The notes under the pieces are model-generated. The model ran no database searches, was not told where the DNA came from, and was given only the letters and a program-made list of their open reading frames with translations. Positions 29,588 to 40,142 of a stretch of DNA of 64,000 nucleotides are shown piece by piece. This DNA comes from Candidatus Helarchaeota archaeon. Its GTDB lineage: Archaea > Asgardarchaeota > Lokiarchaeia > Helarchaeales > RDOG01. The stretch lies in assembly GCA_019058315.1 (NCBI GenBank), contig JAHPZH010000008.1, forward strand, positions 96,001 through 160,000. The letters run 5' to 3'. Made by a program: the position numbers and the translations under genes. Within the stretch, counting starts at the first letter, position 1; every line of letters begins with the position of its first letter.

Positions 29588-30598
29588 TTAGACTCTTTGT
29601 CGGAGTAATATATCCATTTGTTTATTAATATCTTGGCTAAAAAACCATAAATAACATTCTCTCCAAGCGTCAACCACTGATTTTTTTGGAGAATAACCTA
29701 AAATTTTCTTTGCTTTTTCGCATGAATAAGCTCCTCCGTATAAAATAAAATCCATAAGTTCTGATGGTGTAATAGTTTTAAAAAGCATGTTTGAAATTCT
29801 TTTAAATAGCTTTAAAGCAGATTCAACAAAACCTCTAGGAGGAATTATAATTCTTGACTTTGAATTTACTGATTTAACCAATCTTTCAAAGAATTGTTTT
29901 GCTCTTGGATAATCAGAAGCAGTAATATTGAATGCTTCTCCCACAGCACTTGGAATCTTTTCTGCCAGTAAAAAAGCATCTGCTAAATCACTTGAAGACA
30001 CATAACATACAGGGATATCTGCAAATGGAACAGGAATTGGCAAACCATATCTTATAAATAAAAAAATTCCAAGTGTTGATTTTTCATGATAAAAACCAGG
30101 GCCAAGAACCATCGGAATTCGTAAAAAAGTGGCTTTAAGCCCATATTTTTTCTGATAGTTAAGTAATAATTTTTCACATTCCATCTTATTACGACTATAA
30201 TGCCCTGTATACACTTTTTTATCGTCTTCTTTCAATGGTTTCATGATTTTTTGTGGCCCATAGACTTCTATAGTTGAAGCGAATAAAATACGTTTTACAT
30301 TATTTTTAACACAAGCTTTTGCGATATTGACAGTTCCGCCCACATTAATTTCCCAAAATCCTTTCTCATCCAATCTTGCTTGGGGCATTTTACCTGCTAA
30401 ATGAAATACAGTATCTACACTTTTACAAGCTTCCATAACTTTTTTGGGATCCTTGATATCTCCACGAACAAATTCAATATTAGAATTTTTAATGGGTGGG
30501 GGTGCAAGATCATAAACTCGAACATTTTCTCCATTTTTAAGAAGTTTTTGGACTAATGCCCTACCAATAACTCCAGATCCACCGGTTACAAGTTTCAT
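29588..30598 (-). CDS. NAD-dependent epimerase/dehydratase (extended SDR, 3-beta-HSD-like)
   Basis: VTGGSGVIG, VFHLAG, NVGGT, YSRNK. Confidence 0.88.
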   Translation of the reverse strand: MKLVTGGSGVIGRALVQKLLKNGENVRVYDLAPPPIKNSNIEFVRGDIKDPKKVMEACKSVDTVFHLAGKMPQARLDEKGFWEINVGGTVNIAKACVKNNVKRILFASTIEVYGPQKIMKPLKEDDKKVYTGHYSRNKMECEKLLLNYQKKYGLKATFLRIPMVLGPGFYHEKSTLGIFLFIRYGLPIPVPFADIPVCYVSSSDLADAFLLAEKIPSAVGEAFNITASDYPRAKQFFERLVKSVNSKSRIIIPPRGFVESALKLFKRISNMLFKTITPSELMDFILYGGAYSCEKAKKILGYSPKKSVVDAWRECYLWFFSQDINKQMDILLRQRV

Positions 30599-30681
30599 TT
30601 GCAGTTATTCTCCTTTTTATTTAATTTTTTTTATAATTCAATGATTGTTAAATTGTTATTATATATATAATATTAATAATT

Positions 30682-31479
30682 TTGAAAAAAGAAAAACTAA
30701 GAGTGGAAAAAATGCTTTCAGAGAAGGTTCTATTAATAACTGGTGTTAGTGGTGGTATTGGATATGCAATTATGGAAGATTTAGTCATAAAAATCAAAAA
30801 TTTAATAACTTCTAGTAGAAAAAAATTGACTGATTTTTTAAAATTAGACCCAGTTCCAAGAAATTTAGAGCACATCCCTTTAGATCTAACAATAGAAAAA
30901 AATGTCCAAGATTTATTTCAACAAATTAAGAAAAAATATGGTCGATTAGATATTATGATAAATTGTGTAGGGGGAAGTTTGTATAGTCATCCAATTGAGG
31001 ATTTCCCAGTTGATGAATATGATAAGGTTATGGAAGTCAATTTGAAATCTGCATTTTTATTAACTAAATTTGGAATAAGAATGATGAAGAATAACGAAGA
31101 AGGCGGGAATATTGTTCATTTTGTGTCAAGTTCTGCAAAAAATATTTCTAAAAATAAAGCACCTTATGGCGTTGCTAAAGCAGGTTTAGCCCATCTTATC
31201 CATTATGCGGCATTTGAAGCAGCTAAATATGATATTAAGATTAATGGTATTTCGCCCACCTATGTTTTTACTCCACGGCATGAAAGAGAAATTAATGAAA
31301 AAATCCAAAAAACAGGTGTTAAAAGGGATGAGATAATAAAAAGTAAACTCTCAAGACAATTGTTAAAAAAAGAATTGTATCCAAATGATTTGCTGGATGT
31401 CGTGAAACTATTAATAACCACAGAAAGTATAACAGGACAAATATATAATTGTGCAATGGGAGAAATCTTATCCTATTGA
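30682..31479 (+). CDS. classical short-chain dehydrogenase/reductase
   Basis: ITGVSGGIG, VNL, YGVAK; likely start ATG 30712. Confidence 0.88.
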   Translation: MKKEKLRVEKMLSEKVLLITGVSGGIGYAIMEDLVIKIKNLITSSRKKLTDFLKLDPVPRNLEHIPLDLTIEKNVQDLFQQIKKKYGRLDIMINCVGGSLYSHPIEDFPVDEYDKVMEVNLKSAFLLTKFGIRMMKNNEEGGNIVHFVSSSAKNISKNKAPYGVAKAGLAHLIHYAAFEAAKYDIKINGISPTYVFTPRHEREINEKIQKTGVKRDEIIKSKLSRQLLKKELYPNDLLDVVKLLITTESITGQIYNCAMGEILSY

Positions 31480-31502
31480 AGTCTACTTGGTATTTAATTT
31501 TT

Positions 31503-32972
31503 TTAATTATTTATTCTGCTTTTAATTTTATTAATTGCATTTAATATCTCATTTTCTCCAAACATAGAATATTCCGCTATATCTTTTTCGATCTCTAATA
31601 GTTCTTTTAACTCTTCAAGCTGTTCTTTTCCACCAATTTCACCAATTGCTTTAGCAGCGTAAACTTTAATATTCTTATTTTCTGCTATTCTTAAATTCTT
31701 CATGACCTCGTTAATCATATCTGTTCTTTTCATTTTCTCGATAGAATTTAAAACTGCTTTCTTTTTTTCAAAATCTTCTGAATACCATTTTGGTGTATTT
31801 AATATTTTTATAAATTCGGCACGTAATTTAGGCCATTCATCTATTTTTTCAGGATGTTTCTCAAGATATTGGGAAACATACCATTTTTGACCTAAGTGTC
31901 CATCTATAAGACAAATTGTAATAATTTCTTCATCAATCATATCTTTTTCTTCTAAATCCCTCAAAAGTGTACTATCAATCAATTTATGTTTTAAAATATA
32001 GTCTTTTATCAATTTTTTCCATTCTGTATGACCTAATTTAACTAATGCACGAAAAATATCAGATACCAGAGAAGAGTCTTTAGTCTGATTTAATTTTTCC
32101 AAAATTAATTGTAGGAATTCTTCATTTTTACTAAATTTCTCGGCTATTATTGGTAAAATATGACTCCCTCTATGTTCCAAACTTTTAATAAAATCAAAAG
32201 TTTCTTTTTCAAAACCAAGATCTAATGCTGCTGCTAATTCTATAATTCTAGCTTGAATATCTATCTTATAATCATGTATAAAGCTTTTATCTCTTTGGAT
32301 CGTCTCTTGAGCTTCTGTTTTATCCTCATTAATTTCTTTCAAGTATTTTTTAAAGATTATTTTTAATTCATCTTTTTTCTTGAATTGGTAAGATTCATAA
32401 TTCATCCGATTGATAGCTTCAATTAAATGTTTTTTTGTTTCGAAATCACTAGCTTTTGCATTCATAGCATGTTTAAATAATAATTCTTCAACCTCTGGGT
32501 CTGGTATTTTATAAAATGAGTATTCAAATACTGATCCCACAATTATATTTGTTTCTTCAGTTTTAACAAATTCCATTAATGGGTTTAAAATGATTGAGTG
32601 ATCATGGTAACAAATACGCCCTACAAATACTTCATTAACCTTTTGATGGGATAGTTTGCAACCCAATAACGTTTCAATTATGCTATTATCTTTTAATATT
32701 CCAAGGACAATTTGTTGTATTTTAGTTAATATTTCAAGATCCTTGATATCTTCAGCTTTTTTATCCATAATTAGAGTATTTATTCCTTCCCAAGCCCACG
32801 CACGAAGTACTGGGTCATTTTTTTCCCATAAATCAAAAAAAATCTTAATATCATCATAAGCAAGAAGTTTCTCTAATGCTTCATAGCCCGGAGATTTAAC
32901 TGCATTGGGACCTATTAAATCGCTGCTATAAATTCCCTTTAATTCCTTGATAATTTTCTCTTTATCATTCAT
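31503..32972 (-). CDS. HEAT/ARM-repeat alpha-solenoid protein
   Basis: Amphipathic helical repeats (DPVLRAWAWEGI; NIKVYAAKAIGEIGGKEQLEEL). Confidence 0.65.
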   Translation of the reverse strand: MNDKEKIIKELKGIYSSDLIGPNAVKSPGYEALEKLLAYDDIKIFFDLWEKNDPVLRAWAWEGINTLIMDKKAEDIKDLEILTKIQQIVLGILKDNSIIETLLGCKLSHQKVNEVFVGRICYHDHSIILNPLMEFVKTEETNIIVGSVFEYSFYKIPDPEVEELLFKHAMNAKASDFETKKHLIEAINRMNYESYQFKKKDELKIIFKKYLKEINEDKTEAQETIQRDKSFIHDYKIDIQARIIELAAALDLGFEKETFDFIKSLEHRGSHILPIIAEKFSKNEEFLQLILEKLNQTKDSSLVSDIFRALVKLGHTEWKKLIKDYILKHKLIDSTLLRDLEEKDMIDEEIITICLIDGHLGQKWYVSQYLEKHPEKIDEWPKLRAEFIKILNTPKWYSEDFEKKKAVLNSIEKMKRTDMINEVMKNLRIAENKNIKVYAAKAIGEIGGKEQLEELKELLEIEKDIAEYSMFGENEILNAINKIKSRINN

Positions 32973-33038
32973 AAAATCAAATGAGTAATAATTTAAAGAA
33001 TATCAAGAGAATAAAAGAAAGGATAGAATTAATATGTT

Positions 33039-34637
33039 TTAGGTTGATTTCTTTTTTTCTTTTTTTGAAGAGATATAAAATCCAGGATCAGCAACATTGT
33101 CAGGATCAAATGCTTCTTTTATTTTCCTTAGCCAAATATGATAATCAGAGCAGTGAGGACCGTACCATTCATGCATTTTATCCCCCTCAATAAAAAATGG
33201 AATTCCTAGATGTTTTACTAAATCCATTTCATTGCTTTTTTCCATATATTCAACCACTCCTTTCACAGACTTCTCCGATGTTTGGTCATACATAGTTGGC
33301 ATTTCACAATGATAAAAATGTCCATGTTCATAGCTAGTAACCCAAGCTCCTTCTCCTTCATCATCACCGATAACACCTTGTTTGATATATTTTTTCTTTA
33401 GTGGTATATTATTTTCCATCAGATGACGTGACATGGTAACGGTTTCCATTGCACCATGAGCAGACTGAAATGCACCTGTTATAAGAAATCCATGAAATCC
33501 AAGATTTGCCCTTATACCATCAGCATAGGATATATTTGGAATATCCAATTTTTTCTTTAAAACGATATCTTTACCGCCAGTCTCCTCAACAACACTTTCA
33601 AGAACTTTTTCTTTGTAAAGAAATTCTCGTGAAGTATGTGCTGCTAAAACAACAACGAGAGGTCGTTTATAACGCATCATTGCAGAATAAGTTTTCATTA
33701 AATCTTCTGCTGTAAAGGAAAAAAGTGCTCCAATACCAGCAGAGGAAGTATGAAAGCACATGAAACTGATTCCTTCTTCTTCAATTCTTTCAAGGGCATG
33801 TTCTAGTTGTTCATAGGTTTTGTAACTTATAACATGGTATTGAATGTAATTTGGAATTTCAAAATCATAATCTGGAAGTACACCTTTAATATTCCAAGTA
33901 GTATCGCATGGATATGGATATAATTTAACACATACTTTTGTAAATATGCCTAATCCACTTTTTGCACCAACAAATCCTCGCATAACGCCACGTAAACTAG
34001 GACCCGGGCCATCTCCCGAAAACCAATCAGGATTATCCTTCAAACCCCACGAACCAAGGCGTAATATTTCACCAGTGGGTAAAATCCATTCAACACCTAG
34101 AACATTTCGATCTGAAAAACCTGTACTTGCAGAAGTGAAACCGGGTCCACACATTGAGGTAGCACTGGCTAGTGGAGAACCCATTGGACCACATCCTGGC
34201 ATGTGACAATTCAAACCCACTTTCATTGCTTCTGCTTGCAATTGAGCACCAGAAACGTAGGATTCAACAACAGCATACATATTTTTTTTATCAATTTTGA
34301 TTATTTTATTCATTCGTCGTAAATCTACTACTATAACTCCAGGCATGGATACTTGATTCCAAGGACCTAATCCAGTAGATTGAGCTTTAAATTTTAAACC
34401 ATATTTTTTACAAAGTTTTACTACATTTTGAACTTCTTCAGTTGTTGAAGGAAGAACGACAGCCTCTGGTCTATAATAGAAACCATGAACATCTTTACCT
34501 TCTTTACCATCTATTACATTTAAAAACTCTACACACCAATTAAAGGCGTAAGTGTCAGTGATAACAGGATCGTCAGATATATTCTCAGGACCTAAAACTT
34601 TTTCAAATTCTTCATAAACTTTCTTATCTAAAACCAT
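33039..34637 (-). CDS. FAD-linked oxidoreductase (VAO/PCMH, GlcD-like family)
   Basis: PEAVVLPSTTEEVQ, VVDLRRMNKI, VLGVEWILPTGE, GLGIFTK, IKEAFDPDNV. Confidence 0.88.
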   Translation of the reverse strand: MVLDKKVYEEFEKVLGPENISDDPVITDTYAFNWCVEFLNVIDGKEGKDVHGFYYRPEAVVLPSTTEEVQNVVKLCKKYGLKFKAQSTGLGPWNQVSMPGVIVVDLRRMNKIIKIDKKNMYAVVESYVSGAQLQAEAMKVGLNCHMPGCGPMGSPLASATSMCGPGFTSASTGFSDRNVLGVEWILPTGEILRLGSWGLKDNPDWFSGDGPGPSLRGVMRGFVGAKSGLGIFTKVCVKLYPYPCDTTWNIKGVLPDYDFEIPNYIQYHVISYKTYEQLEHALERIEEEGISFMCFHTSSAGIGALFSFTAEDLMKTYSAMMRYKRPLVVVLAAHTSREFLYKEKVLESVVEETGGKDIVLKKKLDIPNISYADGIRANLGFHGFLITGAFQSAHGAMETVTMSRHLMENNIPLKKKYIKQGVIGDDEGEGAWVTSYEHGHFYHCEMPTMYDQTSEKSVKGVVEYMEKSNEMDLVKHLGIPFFIEGDKMHEWYGPHCSDYHIWLRKIKEAFDPDNVADPGFYISSKKEKKKST

Positions 34638-34646
34638 TTAACTCAC

Positions 34647-35906
34647 CTACAGAGCCTCAAGAATTAATTCGCTTAAATCATAAAATTTCATTTTATTTCC
34701 TTTTTCTTTAATTGCATCCTTTAAATTGGTAGAACAAAATGGACATGTAGAAATTAAAGCCTCAGCTCCAGTAGCTTCGACTTCTTCAAGTCTGGTTTTT
34801 GCTGTATATAAAGCAAAATCTGGATATGCAGCTTTAACTCCCCCACCAGCTCCGCAACAGTAACTAAATTCTTTAATTCGCTCCATTTCTACAAAATTTA
34901 TTTTGGGTATTTTCATAATTACCTCACGGGGTGGTTCATAGACTCCATAAGTCCCCTTTCTTCTCGGTTTTGGAGGAATTTCTAATTGCACTACGGGCAT
35001 TGGTTCTATCACTTGTCCATGCCACTCTTTATAAGGTTCCGAACACCTTCCCAAATGACAAGGATCATGATAAGTAACTGTCATATCAATTGGTTTTTTT
35101 AATTTCAATTTCCCTTCGTTAATGAGATTAGCGAAATATTCCGAGGAATGTGTGACTTTAAAATTATATTTCATATATTTGGGATAATCTGCCTTAAAAG
35201 TACTGTAACATCCAGCACAACTCATGATGACCTCTTCTATTCCCTTTGCTTGTATTGTTTCGATATTATATTTCATTAATTTTAGCATTTCATCTTTTGC
35301 CCCAGCACGTAATAGTGGGCTTCCGCAACAGAATTCTTCAGAACCTAAAATTGTAAAATCAATTCCTGCAGCATTTAAAACTCGAGCTGTTGCAATAGCA
35401 ATTTCTTTTCTTCTATAAGAGGATGTACAACCTACAAAATAAGCTAATTTTGCATCATCTTTGAGTTTTACATCATCAGGGAGCCAGGATAAGCGTTCTT
35501 CGGCGGGTTCTCCATATGGATTATGATTTTTTATTGTACTTTCAATATATTTCTTATGGAGAGGTAGTGGAGCTTTTCCCTCCTCAACTAATTTTTCCCT
35601 GAATTCCTGAATTACTTCCTGAGGGTCTAATTTATTTAAATATTGACATGAAATAGAACACGATCTACATAAGGTGCATTTATAAACCACATCAAGTAAT
35701 TTATCGGAAGGTTCAATTCTATTCATTAAATATGATAAAGCGACGATAATTCTGCCACCACCAGAATAAGAGTGAAAGTTATATCTGTCAATACTAGGAC
35801 AAGAGGTAGCAAATTTCTGACTTTTAATTTGGATTTGAGGAATCCACTTACAAACACTACATCTTAAACATTTTTTGATCATATCAGCATAATCTTCTAA
35901 TGGCAT
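34647..35906 (-). CDS. Fe-S oxidoreductase with two CCG domains (GlcF/HdrD-like)
   Basis: CLRCSVC, CTLCRSC..C, CCG, SCAGC, YHDPCHLGR, CCGAGGG, TCPFC. Confidence 0.92.
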   Translation of the reverse strand: MPLEDYADMIKKCLRCSVCKWIPQIQIKSQKFATSCPSIDRYNFHSYSGGGRIIVALSYLMNRIEPSDKLLDVVYKCTLCRSCSISCQYLNKLDPQEVIQEFREKLVEEGKAPLPLHKKYIESTIKNHNPYGEPAEERLSWLPDDVKLKDDAKLAYFVGCTSSYRRKEIAIATARVLNAAGIDFTILGSEEFCCGSPLLRAGAKDEMLKLMKYNIETIQAKGIEEVIMSCAGCYSTFKADYPKYMKYNFKVTHSSEYFANLINEGKLKLKKPIDMTVTYHDPCHLGRCSEPYKEWHGQVIEPMPVVQLEIPPKPRRKGTYGVYEPPREVIMKIPKINFVEMERIKEFSYCCGAGGGVKAAYPDFALYTAKTRLEEVEATGAEALISTCPFCSTNLKDAIKEKGNKMKFYDLSELILEAL

Positions 35907-35909
35907 TTT

Positions 35910-37388
35910 TTATCCTCCTTTAAAACACAAAACTCCTGGATTTAGAATATTATCGGGGTCAAAAATATTTTTAACTTTCTTTAGAGCCATAGAAATTTCG
36001 GGATCGACTCTTTTATAAATTTCATCTGCCCATTCTCCATATGGTCTATTAAAAAATGCTCCCATGTCCATCAGTTTTATGCTCAATTCAGAATAGATTT
36101 TCTTAACTTTGTTTATTTCCTCTTCGTTTGTCGGATCATAATATAAGTCAAATTCACAGTGACAATTGCATCCTTGGGTCATAGGCTGAATATAGACGCC
36201 AAGATTTTGGACGGAAAATTTCTGAGCTTTTAAAAATTGTTTTGTTTCAGTAACAAAATTAGGAGATTTATCCATTGTTGTTACGAAAAATATGTCTTGA
36301 CAACCACCTTTAAATCGTAATTTCCAATAATTCTTACAAGATTTGGTAATGACTTCGACTATTTGATCATTAGAAATTCCATTAATTTCAGTTAAAACCT
36401 TAGTATTGAATTTTTTAGAAATATCAAGAATATCTGCTTCTAAATAATCTATTCTATCTTTAGCAAATTGGCCTCTACCTAAAACAGAAATAATTACATT
36501 CCATTCTGGTAAGTTTTTCGCTAGATTTTGAATTTTTACTGGATCTTCAAGAATTAAAGATGCAAGGTTAACATTGTTTATAATGAAAAGTTCATCTGGC
36601 ATCCTGAATTTCAAAATTTCATATAAAAAGTCAATAAAATCTAATTTATCAGATTGTAAATAGAATAATTTTCGATTAGAGGGTTTTAATTCACATTTAA
36701 CTGTTGCCCAGCTTACAATACCCATACTTCCTTGCGCTCCTTGCAACACTCTGAACATATTAAATTGGGTAGGCCCCAGCGGATTTTTCATTGCTTGTCC
36801 TACTTCTAATTGTTCTTCGAGTGTTCCAGGACCTGCTGCTGAGCCTGTCCTAAATAAATCTCCCGAACCAAATGTTACTTCTGTACATAATAGAGGATCA
36901 GAAGTATCCCAATGATGGCTAGGCATTATTGTTGGTTCTCTTTCTAGTGCACTAGTTAGGACGGATTTTGAATTACGAGGATATAGAGGTAATAATAAAC
37001 GTAAGCCATGTTTATCAAGCTCTGGTATTAATTGTTCAAATGTAACTCCTGGTTCAATCATAACTACACGATTTTTTTTATCAATTCGAAATATTTTGTT
37101 CATTTTAGAAAGGTCTAAAATAATAGTATCGTCTCTCTTTGGAATTGTATCTCCATGAAACCTAGGACCCGAAGGCGAACTTACTGTTACAATTCCCATT
37201 GAAAGATCATTAGCAATCTTGACAATTTTTGGAATATCTTCAGATTCAGTAAGCCATATTACTGCCTTAGGCTTCACGGATTTTGAAAAACTCAAGTCAT
37301 GTGAATAGTCTTCAATAATTTTAGGATCATTAGAAATATTTTCATTAGCCAATATTTCATTTAATTTTTTCATCAATTCTTCAGTCAA
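35910..37388 (-). CDS. FAD-linked oxidoreductase (VAO/PCMH, GlcD-like family)
   Basis: ILDLSKMNKI, IEPGVT, GAQGSMGIV, VKNIFDPDNILNPG; TTG start. Confidence 0.88.
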   Translation of the reverse strand: MTEELMKKLNEILANENISNDPKIIEDYSHDLSFSKSVKPKAVIWLTESEDIPKIVKIANDLSMGIVTVSSPSGPRFHGDTIPKRDDTIILDLSKMNKIFRIDKKNRVVMIEPGVTFEQLIPELDKHGLRLLLPLYPRNSKSVLTSALEREPTIMPSHHWDTSDPLLCTEVTFGSGDLFRTGSAAGPGTLEEQLEVGQAMKNPLGPTQFNMFRVLQGAQGSMGIVSWATVKCELKPSNRKLFYLQSDKLDFIDFLYEILKFRMPDELFIINNVNLASLILEDPVKIQNLAKNLPEWNVIISVLGRGQFAKDRIDYLEADILDISKKFNTKVLTEINGISNDQIVEVITKSCKNYWKLRFKGGCQDIFFVTTMDKSPNFVTETKQFLKAQKFSVQNLGVYIQPMTQGCNCHCEFDLYYDPTNEEEINKVKKIYSELSIKLMDMGAFFNRPYGEWADEIYKRVDPEISMALKKVKNIFDPDNILNPGVLCFKGG

Positions 37389-37479
37389 AATAGATCACTT
37401 ACATTTCCTGTGGTCTTATTTTTTACTATAATTTAAAATATTACATTCATTAAAAAAAAAGAAGAAATTATTTTTAAAA

Positions 37480-37749
37480 TTAGCCTTGTTTGTAAACTAT
37501 GCCAGTTCCACCAGCTGGATAGCGGAATTTAATTGCATCAGCTTCACAAATTTGATAGCAACCACCACATTCTACACATTTCGATTGGTAATCGTCCACT
37601 AAGCTAGCAACACCATCTTTCATTTTCCAAAGATTCATAATACAAATTATAAGGCAACGACCACAACCAATACATCTTTCTTGATCTACTTGAATAAAAT
37701 CTCCAGTTCCAGGAATTCTTTCCATTAAATTTTTAACATCAATTTTCAT
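37480..37749 (-). CDS. 2x[4Fe-4S] ferredoxin, FixX-like
   Basis: CIGCGRC..C and CVECGGC..C; FixX-type tail YPAGGTGIVYKQG. Confidence 0.85.
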   Translation of the reverse strand: MKIDVKNLMERIPGTGDFIQVDQERCIGCGRCLIICIMNLWKMKDGVASLVDDYQSKCVECGGCYQICEADAIKFRYPAGGTGIVYKQG

Positions 37750-37770
37750 AATTTTTTCCCTTCAATAGAT

Positions 37771-39186
37771 TTATTTTGGTACAGTAACCTTCAATTTATC
37801 TCGTTCCTTTTTTTTCCGGGGTTGTTTCTTTTTAGGAAGCATACTTTGTATTAAATCATTCATTGTGTTTATTTGATTAATGTCATCTCCCAAGACTTTA
37901 GAAAGTAAAGGAAATACCTCTTGCATAACAAATGGGATCATTTGGGGTGAATAACTACGAACTTTATCAATTATTTGCCGCACTCTTACGGTGTGAGGTT
38001 CCGACCAATCGTATATACCACCTAATACTTCCATCATCATTGGGACAAACCATTCCATCGTTTTTGGTTCGAACGGCAACTTTGACCATATGTGATATAA
38101 TTCAGCTCCTGATTCAAACTCAACTCCAACTGAGGTGTTTCGCCATTTTTCATCATATAATTTAAGGAAATTTTTTGAAGTATCACCTTCTGAAATTGCC
38201 TCTGCTGCTACTTCAGCCGCTGCTCTTCCTGTTACCATCGCGGGATAAATTCCTTCGGCTTCTAACGGACATGGAAAACCTCCAGCATCCCCAATAAGCA
38301 TCACATTATCGGTATGTGTGTCATAGGGATCTGACATCCATGGTAATAAATGTGCTTGAACTTCTCGGGGTTTTGCTTCTAGATTTTTAATTAATCTCTG
38401 AAAATAATCAAGATTAACCACCCGATTTAAATAATATAACGGATTTTTATCCCACCAAGTCAGCCAATTACCTAGACCAATATGAAATCCATCTCTAAAA
38501 AAGACTTGATATGCAGCAGGAAATGTTGCACCCCACCAGACGGCAAGAGCTTCTTCGCCCATAACTTTATCAATATTTTCTGGAGGCACATAAAAGTCAT
38601 ATTGTGGAACTATTGTTATTTGGTGTTGTTGCCATTTATATCTCAGACCTGATTTCTTTGCAACCATTGAAATTGCTCCATCAGCTCCAATGATAATACT
38701 AGCTCTATATTTTTCTCCTTTTTCATCAATTACACCAACGACTTTTCCTTTTTCTTTGATAAGATCTACAATTAAAGTTGATGTTTTTAGTTCTGCCCCC
38801 GCTTCTATGGCAAAATTACAAATCCATGGATCAAAATCCGATCTATAGCAATTCATTGTTATAAAACTCTTAGCGGGCTCATATGTTACCGATTCTGTAG
38901 GTCTTGCCATGACCATCCCAGCGACTTGATCATCCTTATTAATGAAGTAATTCCTGGCATAAACACCTGGTCTCAAAGAAGGGCATTTTTCGGGAGTTAA
39001 TTCTTTCATCATTTCTGGAAAATCGCGCCACATTCGTGGTCCTAAACCGCAACCTGAAGAATTTTTTTCCCCAGATTTGCGACCTCGCTCAAAAAAGATT
39101 GTCTTTAATCCTTTTTCAGCTGCAACTTTTGCGGCGACTGAGCCTCCTGGCCCAGCACCAACAATTATAACATCATAGGTTTTCAA
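37771..39186 (-). CDS. FixC/geranylgeranyl-reductase family flavoprotein
   Basis: VGAGPGG, ERGRKSGEKN, RSDFD, IGADG, IGDAGG..EGI; adjacent FixX-like ferredoxin. Confidence 0.85.
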   Translation of the reverse strand: MKTYDVIIVGAGPGGSVAAKVAAEKGLKTIFFERGRKSGEKNSSGCGLGPRMWRDFPEMMKELTPEKCPSLRPGVYARNYFINKDDQVAGMVMARPTESVTYEPAKSFITMNCYRSDFDPWICNFAIEAGAELKTSTLIVDLIKEKGKVVGVIDEKGEKYRASIIIGADGAISMVAKKSGLRYKWQQHQITIVPQYDFYVPPENIDKVMGEEALAVWWGATFPAAYQVFFRDGFHIGLGNWLTWWDKNPLYYLNRVVNLDYFQRLIKNLEAKPREVQAHLLPWMSDPYDTHTDNVMLIGDAGGFPCPLEAEGIYPAMVTGRAAAEVAAEAISEGDTSKNFLKLYDEKWRNTSVGVEFESGAELYHIWSKLPFEPKTMEWFVPMMMEVLGGIYDWSEPHTVRVRQIIDKVRSYSPQMIPFVMQEVFPLLSKVLGDDINQINTMNDLIQSMLPKKKQPRKKKERDKLKVTVPK

Positions 39187-39497
39187 TAATTATAACCTCC
39201 TATGCAGTATTAATATATAAATTTTAAAGAAGAACAAATTGAGATATGTTAATTTCAAGCTAAAATATAAAGTATTTTAATTTTAAAATTCAATGACTTA
39301 GCAGTATTTATAAATTTTAACTAAATAATCAAGAATTAATAAATAAAAGTATTAAAATTTAGAATATAAATTGTCTGAAAAAAGCTATTATAAATATCTG
39401 ATAAAAGATAATTTAAAAATATAAGATATATTGAATTTATTGAGACTACCAGTTAAACAATTTTTTCCTTACAATTTAATTCCAAAATAATAGATAT

Positions 39498-40109
39498 TTA
39501 GTCTTCTTTATAATAATCTGATACTTCTCCAGTAATCAATTTACTAACTTTAAGACCAGTTCCAAGCCTTCGAAGTGGTTTTATTGATACTCGTTTTTTC
39601 ATCATTAGCCATACTACTTTCATTAGATTTTTTAATTTAGTGAAAAATCCTCCGGCCAGAACTCCAGCGACAGCCCCAATATCTGAAAAATTTCCTTTAA
39701 GTACGAGAGTAACATCCTCATATATCCAATCCTTGTATTTTAATTTTGGAGTCTCACATTTTATACATTTCTCTATTGTAATAATCTTAATAGGATCAAA
39801 TAATTCCTCTTGATAAACCCTTCCTGTTAAATCTAATTGTTTTTCTTCTGTATTCAGATCCTTCCATTTCCCTTGCCATCCACATTTCTTACAAGTTATT
39901 TTGGGAGTTGAATAACTCTTATAGGTTACCCAGTTTCCTTCTCCTACACCGAAATTGATCACGACGGCTTCATGCTCATCAGGTAAAATAAATTCTACAG
40001 TTTTTCCTTGAATTTTATTTTTTACATATAATTCTTCCCGTTCTTCTGGGGATAATCCCTCAACACATCCAACAAATAATTCGCCTAAAGTTTCTCCTAC
40101 TGATTTCAA
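39498..40109 (-). CDS. putative SCP2 (sterol/lipid carrier)-like protein with inserted CxxC..CxxC Zn ribbon
   Basis: SCP2-like pattern (TVEFIL..VVINF; DVTLVLKG..DI; MMKKRVSIK..GLKVSKL) interrupted by CKKCGWQG-x34-CIKC; GGAGG RBS and TTG start. Confidence 0.5.
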   Translation of the reverse strand: MKSVGETLGELFVGCVEGLSPEEREELYVKNKIQGKTVEFILPDEHEAVVINFGVGEGNWVTYKSYSTPKITCKKCGWQGKWKDLNTEEKQLDLTGRVYQEELFDPIKIITIEKCIKCETPKLKYKDWIYEDVTLVLKGNFSDIGAVAGVLAGGFFTKLKNLMKVVWLMMKKRVSIKPLRRLGTGLKVSKLITGEVSDYYKED

Positions 40110-40142
40110 TTCAAACCCTCCAAAATCTCATTCCTTCATTCA

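Noticed and set aside
37771-39186. Geranylgeranyl reductase for archaeal lipid synthesis
   Set aside because: Lacks the YxWxFP motif; the N-terminal ERG..GxKN and the FixX neighbour favour FixC-like.
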